Under the pieces are notes generated by a model that worked only from the letters and a program-made list of their open reading frames with translations, did not search any database and was not told the origin of the DNA. The translations under genes and the position numbers were made by a program. Positions 8,106-16,567 of a DNA stretch of 34,222 nucleotides are shown one piece after another. The DNA comes from Candidatus Deferrimicrobiaceae bacterium. GTDB lineage: Bacteria; Desulfobacterota; Deferrimicrobia; Deferrimicrobiales; Deferrimicrobiaceae. The stretch covers positions 1 to 34,222 of the forward strand of contig JBFFGP010000001.1 in NCBI GenBank assembly GCA_041557435.1, in the 5' to 3' direction. Within the stretch, counting starts at the first letter, position 1; the number at the start of each line of letters is the position of its first letter.

Positions 8106-10376
8106 ATGATGGAGATCTCGTTTTACCGGGAGAAGCTTTCCGAGTCCGGGCACCGGATGCTGAACTCCTCCATCGAGGAGTCGCAACGCCGCCACCACTA
8201 CTATCTCGGACTCGAGCACCTGTTCCTTGCCTTCGCGGAGCAGGAGAAGTCCGTATTTCGCGAGCTCATGGCGTCCGTGGGTTTGAACGTAGAGGCGGTG
8301 CTCTACTCGGTGAACGAGCACTTGAACATCTCCCGGCAGTACCTCGGAGTAGGGCTCAAGGTTCCCCCGGCGACGAAGCAGGTTTTCCGGGTGGCCTGGG
8401 AGACGGCGCAGAGGAACCGGAGGGCCCAGATCGACGCCGCGGACCTGTTCCTCGGGATCTTCCACGAGGTCCATTCGATACCCGCCCGGATTCTCAAGAA
8501 CTACGGGGTCGATCCTGCCGTCGCTCTTTCCCGTTTTTCGACCCAGTTGCGCAGTCGGGAGGAAAAGGTAGAGGAGTTTCGAAAGCGGTATGAGCTCCCC
8601 GCGAACCTGCGGACGTTCGGAGTGAACCTGAACCTTCTCGCACGGGAGGGGAAGATCCCGCCGATCGTCGGGCGGGACAGGGAGATAGACCGGATCATCG
8701 AGTACCTCTGCCACAAGGACCGAAGCAACTCGGTGATGATCGTCGGAGACCCCGGGGTCGGCAAGACCGCGGTAGTGGAAGGTTTCGCCTTGCGGCTGGA
8801 ATACGAGCCGCACCGGGTTCCGGAGCGCCTGCGGGCCCACCAGATCGTCAATCTCCAGATGAACACGGTGGTTGCCGGCACGGTATTCCGCGGGATGTTC
8901 GAGGATCGCATCGAAAAGGTAATCGCCGAGGTCAGGGACCGAAAGAACCTGATCCTGTTCATCGACGAGGCCCACACTCTGATCGGGGCCGGCTCCGCGA
9001 TGGGCGTACCCTCCGACGCCGCGAACATCTTCAAGTCCACGCTCGCCCGGGGGGAGGTCCAGATCATCGGGGCCACTACCATGACCGAATTCAAGGAGAT
9101 CATCCAGGAGGATGAGGCTCTCTCTCGCCGGTTCCGCGTCGTCAAGATCGAGGAACCCACGGTGGAGGAGACGAGGGACATCCTGTTCGGGCTGAAGCCG
9201 AGGCTGGAGACCAATTACGGCGTGGAGATCACGGACGAGGCGATCGAGTTCGCTCTCTCCATGTCCGACCGGTACGCGCGGTCGCTCAGGCTGCCCGACA
9301 AGATCATCAACTGGGTCGACACGGCATGTGTCCGGGTCGAGATCAACGGAGACGAGGAGAAGACCGTCAGGAGCGAAGACGTCCTCGGAGTGGTTTCCGA
9401 GGAGACGAAGACTCCCGCGGACATCGTGCAGCGCGACGTCCTGGACCGGTTCCGGGATCTGGAGGAGAAGATCTCGAGGCGCCTGGTAGGCCAGCACGAG
9501 GCGATCCGGGCCGTAGGGAAGACGCTGCGGCTGAACAAGGGCCCCCTCAAGGAGAATGTCTACCGGCCGGACGGCGTGCTGCTGTTCCTCGGCCCCACGG
9601 GAGTCGGGAAAACGGAGATGGCGAAGGCGCTCACGGAGTACCTGTTCGGCGACGATCGCCACATGGTCCGCGTGGACATGTCCGAGTACCGGGACGGGGC
9701 TCTGGCCGTGGATAAGCTCATCGGGATGCCGCGGGGCATCGTGGGCTCCGAGAGGGGGGGGATTCTGACCAACCAGATGAGGGACAACCCCTATACCGTC
9801 GTCCTTCTCGATGAGATAGAGAAAGCGGACTCTTACGTGCACAACCTTTTCCTGCAGGTCTTCGACGAGGGATGGCTTACCGACGGCCGGGGAAAGAAAG
9901 TCTACTTCTCGGATGCGATCATCATCATGACGAGCAACCTGGGCTCGGAAGAACTCTCGAAACTGACGCGCCCCCTGGGATTTGCGACCGGCGCGGAAGA
10001 TTTCGAGCCGGTGAAGAAAAGCGTACTCAAGGCGGTGGAGAACCGGTTTACCCCCGAGTTCATCAACCGCCTGGACGACGTGATCGTCTTCTCCCCGCTC
10101 ACGTTCGACGAGGTCAAGCGGATCGCGGCGATCTACCTCGAGTCGATCGGGAAGTCGATGGCGGCATCGGGAAAGACGCTATCCTTTTCCGATGCTTCCC
10201 TCGATGCGCTGTCCGGAACGGGCATCAGCGTGAAGTACGGGGCCCGGTTTCTCAAGAGGCATATTGACGAGAAGGTGAAGATGCCGATCACGCTCAAGTG
10301 GAAGGAGTCCGACCGTTTCTACGTCGAGGTGGAAGGCGGGGAGGTGGTCGTAGTAGCAGAGGAGGTGCCCATCTGA
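8106..10376 (+). CDS. ClpA/ClpC-like double-AAA+ (Hsp100) ATPase without a ClpB-type middle domain
   Basis: Clp_N-like repeat. D1 Walker A GDPGVGKT and Walker B LFIDEAH. D2 Walker A GPTGVGKT and Walker B VLLDEIEKA. The D1-D2 linker is short. ATG 8106 follows GGAGAGGAGAG. Confidence 0.85.
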   Translation: MMEISFYREKLSESGHRMLNSSIEESQRRHHYYLGLEHLFLAFAEQEKSVFRELMASVGLNVEAVLYSVNEHLNISRQYLGVGLKVPPATKQVFRVAWETAQRNRRAQIDAADLFLGIFHEVHSIPARILKNYGVDPAVALSRFSTQLRSREEKVEEFRKRYELPANLRTFGVNLNLLAREGKIPPIVGRDREIDRIIEYLCHKDRSNSVMIVGDPGVGKTAVVEGFALRLEYEPHRVPERLRAHQIVNLQMNTVVAGTVFRGMFEDRIEKVIAEVRDRKNLILFIDEAHTLIGAGSAMGVPSDAANIFKSTLARGEVQIIGATTMTEFKEIIQEDEALSRRFRVVKIEEPTVEETRDILFGLKPRLETNYGVEITDEAIEFALSMSDRYARSLRLPDKIINWVDTACVRVEINGDEEKTVRSEDVLGVVSEETKTPADIVQRDVLDRFRDLEEKISRRLVGQHEAIRAVGKTLRLNKGPLKENVYRPDGVLLFLGPTGVGKTEMAKALTEYLFGDDRHMVRVDMSEYRDGALAVDKLIGMPRGIVGSERGGILTNQMRDNPYTVVLLDEIEKADSYVHNLFLQVFDEGWLTDGRGKKVYFSDAIIIMTSNLGSEELSKLTRPLGFATGAEDFEPVKKSVLKAVENRFTPEFINRLDDVIVFSPLTFDEVKRIAAIYLESIGKSMAASGKTLSFSDASLDALSGTGISVKYGARFLKRHIDEKVKMPITLKWKESDRFYVEVEGGEVVVVAEEVPI

Positions 10377-10846
10377 TGTCCGAACAGGAGAAGAAGGGGT
10401 TCAAGGTCGTCGACAGGCGCGGCATGGAGAAAGAGGAGCCGAAGCAGGAAAGAGCGGACCCTCCTCCGGAGCCGAAAGGCGATGTCGGGAACCTGTTGGA
10501 CCCCGGAAGTGTCCATGGTAAGAAAGGCCTGGAAGAAAAGAAATCACGCGTGGGAGGGCCGTCGTTCCTCGATCTCGTGATGTCGCTGCAGATGGGAGCG
10601 ATGGTCAACCTGGGGATGGTCCAGACCGAAGACGGCCGGCGATCCCCGACGAATCTCCCGGCAGCGAAAGATTCGATCGACCTTCTTGACGTCCTCAAGG
10701 AGAAGACGAAGGGAAACCTGACCGAGGAAGAATCGGGCATTCTCTCGGAGGGGCTGTATCACCTTCGGATGACGTACGTGGCGGCCGTCAAGGCGGGAGT
10801 GTCCGCTCCGAATGCGGACCCGGGCCAGGGAGGGAAGAAAACGTGA
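10376..10846 (+). CDS. Small conserved protein of unknown function, DUF1844-like
   Basis: N-terminal FKVVDRR, central FLDLVMSLQMGAMVNLG, C-terminal DLLDVLKEKTKGNLTEEE...LYHLRMTYV. From memory this matches PF08899 (DUF1844). The ATG overlaps the upstream stop (TGATG at 10374-10378) and its own stop overlaps the htrA GTG. Confidence 0.6.
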   Translation: MSEQEKKGFKVVDRRGMEKEEPKQERADPPPEPKGDVGNLLDPGSVHGKKGLEEKKSRVGGPSFLDLVMSLQMGAMVNLGMVQTEDGRRSPTNLPAAKDSIDLLDVLKEKTKGNLTEEESGILSEGLYHLRMTYVAAVKAGVSAPNADPGQGGKKT

Positions 10847-12324
10847 TCGGAAAGGGCAAGGTTGTCGTTCTCGTACTCGCGGCGGTGGCCGCGGGAGTGA
10901 TCCTATCGGCGACGTTGAACATGTCTCCCTTGACCAGCGCGTTCTGGGGGAGCGGGGAGAAGGAAAAGGGCGAAACGGTGGCGGCCGTCGCTCCCGTCAA
11001 GGCACCGGGCGAAATTCTCGCCATCGAGAGCATTCCCGCCCTCGCGAAGGAGGTGTCGCCTTCGGTCGTGAACATCAGCACGACGAAGGTGGTTCGGTCA
11101 CGCAGACCGCGTCTCCGTTCCCCCTTCCGACAGGACCCGTTCGAAGATTTCTTCAACAACTTCTTCGGGAACCTCCCCCGGGAACAGAAACGGAGAAGTC
11201 TGGGCTCCGGGTTCATCGTCTCCGATGACGGGTATATCCTCACCAACAACCACGTCGTAGAGAAAGCCGACGAAATCACGGTGATCCTGCTCGAGAAAGA
11301 GGAGTTTCAGGCGGAGGTGGTAGGCACCGACCCCAAGACCGACATCGCCCTCATCAAGATCAAGGCGGGAAATAAACTTCCGTTTGTCCATCTCGGCGAC
11401 TCGGAAGGATTGGAGATCGGCGAGTGGGTCTTGGCCATCGGGAACCCCTTCGGCCTCGGGCACACCGTCACGGCGGGAATCGTAAGCGCCAAGGGAAGAG
11501 TCATCGGATCCGGGCCGTACGATGATTTCATTCAGACCGACGCGTCGATCAACCCCGGGAACTCGGGAGGACCGCTGTTCAACATGAGGGGAGAAGTTGT
11601 CGGGATCAACACGGCGATCATCCAGGGGGGCCAGGGGATCGGATTTGCGACCCCCATCCGGTTGGCCAAATCGGTGCTCGGCCAGCTGAAGGAGAAGGGG
11701 AAAGTCACCCGCGGCTGGCTCGGCGTCTACATCCAGCGGCTGACCCCGGACATGGCGGAGACACTGAACGTCCCGGGGAAAAAGGGTGCCCTGGTCGCGG
11801 ACGTCACGAAGGACGGGCCGGCGCAAAAGGCGGGGATCCGGTCCGGGGATGTGATCGTCTCGTTTGACGGGAAGGAAGTCGAAGACGAGCACGACCTTCC
11901 CCAGATCGTCGCCTCCACAAAGCCAGGGAAGAAGGTGGAAGTGGTCGTGGTCCGAGAAGGCAAGGAGGAAAGGATTCCCTTGACCATCGCCGAGATGGAG
12001 CCGGATGACAAGGAGAAGCTCGCAGGCGGGCCGGACCTTTCGAAGGGGCTGGGACTCTCGGTCCAGGACATCACGCCGACTGTCGCTCGGCACATGGACA
12101 TCGAGAACCGGAAGGGCGTTCTGGTCTCCTCGGTCGAGCCCGGGAGCCCGGCGGATGATGCAGGCTTCCGCGAGGGCGACATCATCCGGGCGATCAACCG
12201 GGTATCCGTCAATAACTCCGAAGAATTCGAAAAACGGATCAAGGAGGGAAAGGACGACAAGACCGTCCTGTTCCTGGTGGAGCGGGGAGAGGGGCGGATT
12301 TTCCTTGCGTTGAAGAACCGGTAA
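10843..12324 (+). CDS. htrA: Periplasmic serine endoprotease HtrA/DegP (trypsin-like domain plus two PDZ domains)
   Basis: N-terminal hydrophobic anchor. Catalytic His (TNNHVV), Asp (DIALIKI) and Ser (GNSGGPL). Two PDZ-like segments. GTG start. Confidence 0.9.
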   Translation: MIGKGKVVVLVLAAVAAGVILSATLNMSPLTSAFWGSGEKEKGETVAAVAPVKAPGEILAIESIPALAKEVSPSVVNISTTKVVRSRRPRLRSPFRQDPFEDFFNNFFGNLPREQKRRSLGSGFIVSDDGYILTNNHVVEKADEITVILLEKEEFQAEVVGTDPKTDIALIKIKAGNKLPFVHLGDSEGLEIGEWVLAIGNPFGLGHTVTAGIVSAKGRVIGSGPYDDFIQTDASINPGNSGGPLFNMRGEVVGINTAIIQGGQGIGFATPIRLAKSVLGQLKEKGKVTRGWLGVYIQRLTPDMAETLNVPGKKGALVADVTKDGPAQKAGIRSGDVIVSFDGKEVEDEHDLPQIVASTKPGKKVEVVVVREGKEERIPLTIAEMEPDDKEKLAGGPDLSKGLGLSVQDITPTVARHMDIENRKGVLVSSVEPGSPADDAGFREGDIIRAINRVSVNNSEEFEKRIKEGKDDKTVLFLVERGEGRIFLALKNR

Positions 12325-12330
12325 CTCCGT

Positions 12331-12399
12331 GGGGGGGGACATTCCTATCTCAAGTTCCATGTTGAGGAGTGTCCCCCCCATTGCAGGAATGTCCCCCCG
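12331..12399. repeat. Palindromic repeat element built from GGGGACAYTCC units (three units: 12331-12345 forward, 12367-12379 reverse, 12387-12399 reverse)
   Basis: Read directly. Unit 1 can pair with unit 2 (about 20-bp imperfect stem, loop GTTCCATG) or with unit 3. It lies between the htrA stop and the clpB ATG. Confidence 0.6.
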
Positions 12400-12420
12400 A
12401 CCGCGCGGTAAGAATCTCCG

Positions 12421-15066
12421 ATGATTTCTCTGGACAAGCTCACGGTGAAAACGCAGGAGGCCCTGCAGGACGCCGTGCGCATCGCCTCGGAGGCGGGGCA
12501 CGCGCAGGTGGAGCCGGAACATCTCTTTGTCGCCCTGCTCCGGCAGGAAGGGGGAGTGGCGGCGGATCTTTTCACACGAGCAGGAGTGCCGGTCCAGCGT
12601 CTTCTGCCCGAGACGAATTCCCTGCTCGGCTCCTTCCCCAAGGTTTCGGGAGCCGTCAGTCGGGGGCTCTCCCCGCGGATGGAGCCCCTGTTTCAACGGG
12701 CGCTCTCGGAGGCGGACGCATTCCGGGACGAGTATCTCTCCGCCGAACACATCCTCCTCGGGATGACTTCCGAGCCGGGGGCCGTTGCGGACCTGCTCCG
12801 CCGGCATGGGGTGACGCGGGAGGGGCTTCTCACGGCTCTCACCTCCATCCGGGGGACGCAGCGGATCACGGATGAAAACCCCGAGGAGAAGTACCAGGCG
12901 CTCGAGAAGTACTGCCGGGACCTGACGGAATTGGCCCGCCGGGAAAAGCTCGATCCCGTCATCGGAAGGGACGACGAGATCCGGAGGGTGATCCAGGTTC
13001 TCTCCCGCCGGACGAAGAACAATCCCGTCCTGATCGGGGACCCGGGCGTGGGGAAGACGGCGATCGCCGAGGGGCTGGCGCAGCGCGTGGTGTCCGGCGA
13101 TATTCCCGAGGGTCTGCGGGACAAGCGGGTTCTCGCCCTGGACATGGGGGCGCTGATCGCCGGGGCGAAGTACCGCGGCGAGTTCGAGGACCGGCTCAAG
13201 GCGGTCCTTACGGAGATCGCCGCCGCGGAGGGGCGGGTGATCCTTTTCATCGACGAACTTCACACGCTTGTCGGGGCCGGGAAAGTGGAGGGGGCGATGG
13301 ACGCCTCCAACATGTTGAAACCCGCCCTTGCCAGGGGGGAACTGCGCTGCGTCGGGGCGACCACCCTGGACGAGTACCGCAAGTACGTGGAGAAGGACGC
13401 TGCGCTGGAGAGGCGGTTTCAGCCCGTTCTTGTGGAGGAGCCGTCGGTCGAGGATACGATTGCGATCCTGCGCGGTCTCAAGGGGAGGTACGAGGTCCAC
13501 CACGGGGTCCGGATCAAGGATTCGGCCCTCATCGCCGCCGCCACCCTGTCGAACCGGTATATCTCCGACAGGTTCCTTCCCGACAAGGCGATCGACCTGG
13601 TGGACGAGGCCGCGTCGAAGCTCAAGATCGAGATCGACTCCGTGCCCACCGAGATCGACGAGGTCGAGAGGAAGATCATCCAGCTGGAGATGGAAAAGCA
13701 GGCCCTGTCGAAGGAGACCGACGCCGCCTCGGGAACGCGCCTTGCCCGCCTCCAGGAAGAGCTGGCGGGGCTGAAGGGAAAGGCGACGGAGTACCGCTCC
13801 CTGTGGGAGGAGGAGAAAAAGTCCATCGGGAGGAGCCGCGAGATCAAAGAGAACATCGAGCGGGCCCTTTCGGAAATGCAGCGGGCCGAGCGGGAAGGAA
13901 ACCTCGGCAGGGCGTCGGAGCTCAAGTTCGGCGTCATCCCGGCACTGCAGCGGGAAGCGGAGGAGCTAAGCGGGGACACTCCCGTTTCACTCACCGGGGA
14001 CATTCCTGATTCATCTCCGGAATACGGGAGAGGAGTGTCTCCGCACAGGGAGCGGCTCCTCAAGGAGGAGGTGGACGAGGAAGACATCGCCCAGATCGTT
14101 TCGCGCTGGACCGGAATCCCGGTATCGAGGCTGGTCGAGGGGGAGATCGAGAAGCTCGTACGGATGGAGGAACGGCTGACCAAACGGGTTGTGGGACAGG
14201 ACGACGCCGTCCGGCTCGTCTCAAACGCCGTCCGCCGCGCCAAGTCGGGCTTGAAAGACCCCCGACGCCCTATCGGGTCTTTCCTGTTCATGGGTCCCAC
14301 CGGTGTTGGGAAAACGGAGCTGGCCCGTGCCCTGGCCCAGTTCCTCTTCGATGACGAGTCGGCGATGGTGCGCCTCGACATGTCCGAATACATGGAGAAG
14401 CACTCCGTGGCGCGGATGATCGGGGCTCCGCCCGGGTACGTGGGGTACGAGGAGGGGGGAGCGCTGACCGAGGCGGTGCGACGGAAGCCGTACACCGTGA
14501 TCCTGTTCGACGAGGTGGAGAAGGCACACCCCGACGTCTTCCACATCCTCCTGCAGATCCTTGAGGACGGGCGCCTGACCGACGGAAAGGGACGGACCGT
14601 CGATTTCCGGAATGCCGTTGTGGTCCTCACCTCGAACATCGGCTCCCACTGGATCCAGGAGCTCTCCGGCAAGGGAGAGGAGGTTGTCCGGAACAAGGTA
14701 ATGGAGGAACTCCGCCGCGAATTCCGTCCCGAGTTCCTGAACCGGCTGGACGAAATCGTCCTGTTCCGTTCCCTCGGGAGGGAGGAGTTGGCAATAATCA
14801 TCCTGATCATGCTTCGGGAGCTAAACGAAAGGCTCGCAGACAGGAAGATCTCGGTGACGCTCACCGATGCTGCCCGGGAGAGGCTCGCGGAGATCGGTTT
14901 CGATCCCACGTACGGGGCAAGGCCGCTGCGCCGCGCCATACAGAAGCATATTCAGGACCTCTTGGCGCTCCATATCCTCAAGGGGGATTTTCGCGAAGGG
15001 GAGTCCATCCTGATAGACGCGGATGGAAACTCCGGGTTTTCCTTCCGGAAATCGGATTCGCAGTGA
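12421..15066 (+). CDS. clpB: Disaggregase ClpB (Hsp104 family) with M-domain
   Basis: Clp_N. D1 GDPGVGKT / FIDELH with pore loop KYRGEFE. Long coiled-coil M-domain. D2 GPTGVGKT / LFDEVEKA with pore loop GYVGYEEGG. 881 aa. Confidence 0.96.
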   Translation: MISLDKLTVKTQEALQDAVRIASEAGHAQVEPEHLFVALLRQEGGVAADLFTRAGVPVQRLLPETNSLLGSFPKVSGAVSRGLSPRMEPLFQRALSEADAFRDEYLSAEHILLGMTSEPGAVADLLRRHGVTREGLLTALTSIRGTQRITDENPEEKYQALEKYCRDLTELARREKLDPVIGRDDEIRRVIQVLSRRTKNNPVLIGDPGVGKTAIAEGLAQRVVSGDIPEGLRDKRVLALDMGALIAGAKYRGEFEDRLKAVLTEIAAAEGRVILFIDELHTLVGAGKVEGAMDASNMLKPALARGELRCVGATTLDEYRKYVEKDAALERRFQPVLVEEPSVEDTIAILRGLKGRYEVHHGVRIKDSALIAAATLSNRYISDRFLPDKAIDLVDEAASKLKIEIDSVPTEIDEVERKIIQLEMEKQALSKETDAASGTRLARLQEELAGLKGKATEYRSLWEEEKKSIGRSREIKENIERALSEMQRAEREGNLGRASELKFGVIPALQREAEELSGDTPVSLTGDIPDSSPEYGRGVSPHRERLLKEEVDEEDIAQIVSRWTGIPVSRLVEGEIEKLVRMEERLTKRVVGQDDAVRLVSNAVRRAKSGLKDPRRPIGSFLFMGPTGVGKTELARALAQFLFDDESAMVRLDMSEYMEKHSVARMIGAPPGYVGYEEGGALTEAVRRKPYTVILFDEVEKAHPDVFHILLQILEDGRLTDGKGRTVDFRNAVVVLTSNIGSHWIQELSGKGEEVVRNKVMEELRREFRPEFLNRLDEIVLFRSLGREELAIIILIMLRELNERLADRKISVTLTDAARERLAEIGFDPTYGARPLRRAIQKHIQDLLALHILKGDFREGESILIDADGNSGFSFRKSDSQ
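13972..14041. repeat. Second copy of the GGGGACAYTCC palindromic element, in frame inside clpB
   Basis: GGGGACACTCC (13972-13982), GGGGACATTCC (13996-14006), GGAATAC (partial) and GGAGTGTCTCC (14031-14041) are arranged as nested inverted repeats. The stretch encodes [24 protein letters not shown]. Confidence 0.55.
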
Positions 15067-15082
15067 GGTTCCCGCGGGTGGC

Positions 15083-15111
15083 TTGACAAAAGGAAACGGG
15101 GAGCGTAGGGT
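15083..15111 (+). promoter_or_regulatory. Sigma-70-like promoter TTGACA-N17-TAGGGT upstream of ispE
   Basis: Perfect -35 at 15083-15088, 17-nt spacer, weak -10 at 15106-15111. Confidence 0.3.
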
Positions 15112-15143
15112 GAATTAAAAACACTGTTTGAAATGGGCACATT

Positions 15144-15995
15144 GTGAGCGCATCCCCGGCAGTTTCTTTCCTCGCCCCGGCCAAGCTGAACATTTCCCTC
15201 GAGGTTTACGGAAAACGTCCCGACGGGTTCCACCACATTCGGTCGGTCATGGTTCCGATATCCCTCTGTGACGAGGTCACCGTAGAGGAGACGACCGAGG
15301 GCATCACCGTGGAAGTTACGGATCCCGCCGTGCCCTGCGACATGCGAAACACTTGCCACAAAGCAGCCGTCCTCTACAGGGAATGGGCGGGTGTCCCGGG
15401 AGGCGTCCGGGTTCGGGTCCGCAAGATCATCCCCTCGGAGGCGGGTCTGGGAGGAGGAAGTTCCGATGCGGCGGCGACGCTCAAGGGCTTGATCGCCCTG
15501 ACCGGGAAGACTCCTCCCCCGGAGAAGCTTCTCTCCATTGCAGCCTCCGTCGGGGCGGACGTCCCGTTCTTCACGATGGGGCGGCCCGCCCTCGTGGAGG
15601 GGTTCGGGGATCTGCTGACGCCCGTCGAATGGAAGGTTCCTTTCTTTGCGGTGATCGTTAAGCCTCCATTCGGGCTGTCGACGCGGGAAGGGTACGAAAG
15701 GCTGGGGAGGACGGCGTCCGGCCCCCCCGGGAGTGTGGATCCTCCTTCCTTCCGGGAATGGGGGGATCTGGTGTCGGCCGTGGAAAACGATTTCGAGAGT
15801 GCCTGGGAGTGCGTCCGGCCGGATATACCCAGGATCAAGGAGGAGCTGCGGGCGGCGGGGGCGGCGGCCGCCGGACTCTCCGGGAGCGGTTCCGCGGTGT
15901 TCGGCCTGTTCCGAAACGAAGGGGATGCGTACAGGGCGGCGAAGGCGATGGAGAACGGGAAGGGGCGGAGGCTGTTCGTCGCCCGCAACATCTGA
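15144..15995 (+). CDS. ispE: 4-diphosphocytidyl-2-C-methyl-D-erythritol kinase
   Basis: APAKLNISLEV...RPDGFH and the GHMP kinase motif PSEAGLGGGSSDAAA. GTG start. Confidence 0.9.
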   Translation: MSASPAVSFLAPAKLNISLEVYGKRPDGFHHIRSVMVPISLCDEVTVEETTEGITVEVTDPAVPCDMRNTCHKAAVLYREWAGVPGGVRVRVRKIIPSEAGLGGGSSDAAATLKGLIALTGKTPPPEKLLSIAASVGADVPFFTMGRPALVEGFGDLLTPVEWKVPFFAVIVKPPFGLSTREGYERLGRTASGPPGSVDPPSFREWGDLVSAVENDFESAWECVRPDIPRIKEELRAAGAAAAGLSGSGSAVFGLFRNEGDAYRAAKAMENGKGRRLFVARNI

Positions 15996-16016
15996 GAGCA
16001 AGGGAGGAAGGGGGAG

Positions 16017-16301
16017 ATGCAGCTCACCGAGGTGAAGGTTTATCCCGTGGCCGACGACGAGAAATTGAAAGGTTATGCGACGATCGTTTTCGATGCCTGC
16101 TTCGTTGTCCGGGACCTCAAAATCATCAATGGAAACAGCGGTCTGTTCGTTGCGATGCCCTCCAAGAAGAAAAAGGACGGCACGTACCGCGACACTGCGC
16201 ACCCGCTGAACAACGAGACGCGTCAGATGATCGAAACGGCGGTGCTGGGAGAATACGAGCGCGAGATCCGGAGGCTTGACGGTCTCGCCGCAGTCCATTA
16301 A
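16017..16301 (+). CDS. spoVG: Septation/regulatory protein SpoVG
   Basis: 94 aa. MQLTEVKVYPV...LKGYATIVFDACFVVRDLKIINGNSGLFVAMPS is the typical SpoVG fold sequence. Confidence 0.9.
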   Translation: MQLTEVKVYPVADDEKLKGYATIVFDACFVVRDLKIINGNSGLFVAMPSKKKKDGTYRDTAHPLNNETRQMIETAVLGEYEREIRRLDGLAAVH

Positions 16302-16404
16302 CATTTTTCGGGTCCGTTGTTTCCGTTCCGGAGGTGGGCGGCCCGCCCGGCGTCGGAACTTCGCGCGACGGTACGGGCCGGGGCATAGCTTTGCAAGGAT
16401 GCGC

Positions 16405-16478
16405 TGGGAGGTCGTCTAACGGCAGGACAGGGGCCTTTGGAGCCTCTAGTGAAGGTTCGACCCCTTCCCTCCCAGCCA
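16405..16478 (+). tRNA. tRNA-Gln (anticodon UUG), CCA encoded
   Basis: Folded by hand. 7-bp acceptor stem TGGGAGG/CCTCCCA, D stem GTCT/AGGAC, anticodon stem GGGGC/GCCTC with loop CT-TTG-GA, T arm GAAGG-TTCGACC-CCTTC, discriminator G plus CCA. Confidence 0.92.
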
Positions 16479-16492
16479 TTTCCGTTTTCCCC

Positions 16493-16520
16493 TTGCCAAG
16501 GCACGGCCAACCGGTATAAT
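16493..16520 (+). promoter_or_regulatory. Sigma-70-like promoter TTGCCA-N16-TATAAT upstream of prs
   Basis: -35 at 16493-16498 and a perfect -10 at 16515-16520, 48 nt before the prs GTG. Confidence 0.45.
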
Positions 16521-16567
16521 AGCTCTTTTCTTTATTCATCGGATGGTTTACCGAGCAGGGGAATAGT

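Noticed and set aside
12349-12366. CTCAA-N8-TTGAG, reminiscent of the HspR operator HAIR (CTTGAGT-N7-ACTCAAG)
   Set aside because: The half-sites are in the opposite order relative to HAIR, and the match is only 5 nt per arm. It is better explained as the inner part of the larger palindromic repeat.
12362-12383. Sigma-32-like -10 (CCCCATT at 12376-12382) with TTGAGG as the -35
   Set aside because: The spacer is only 8 nt, against the roughly 13-15 nt needed. The C-run belongs to the repeat unit.
15131-15150. GG-N10-GC pattern (GGGCACATTGTGAGC) resembling a sigma-54 promoter
   Set aside because: It overlaps the ispE start codon, lacks the TTGC context, and nothing downstream would need a promoter there.
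16302-16567. tRNA-Gln as a possible integration hotspot or genomic-island border
   Set aside because: There is no integrase, no direct repeat of the tRNA 3' end and no compositional break. The flanking genes (spoVG, prs) are core genes in a gene order I recall from Geobacter-type genomes.
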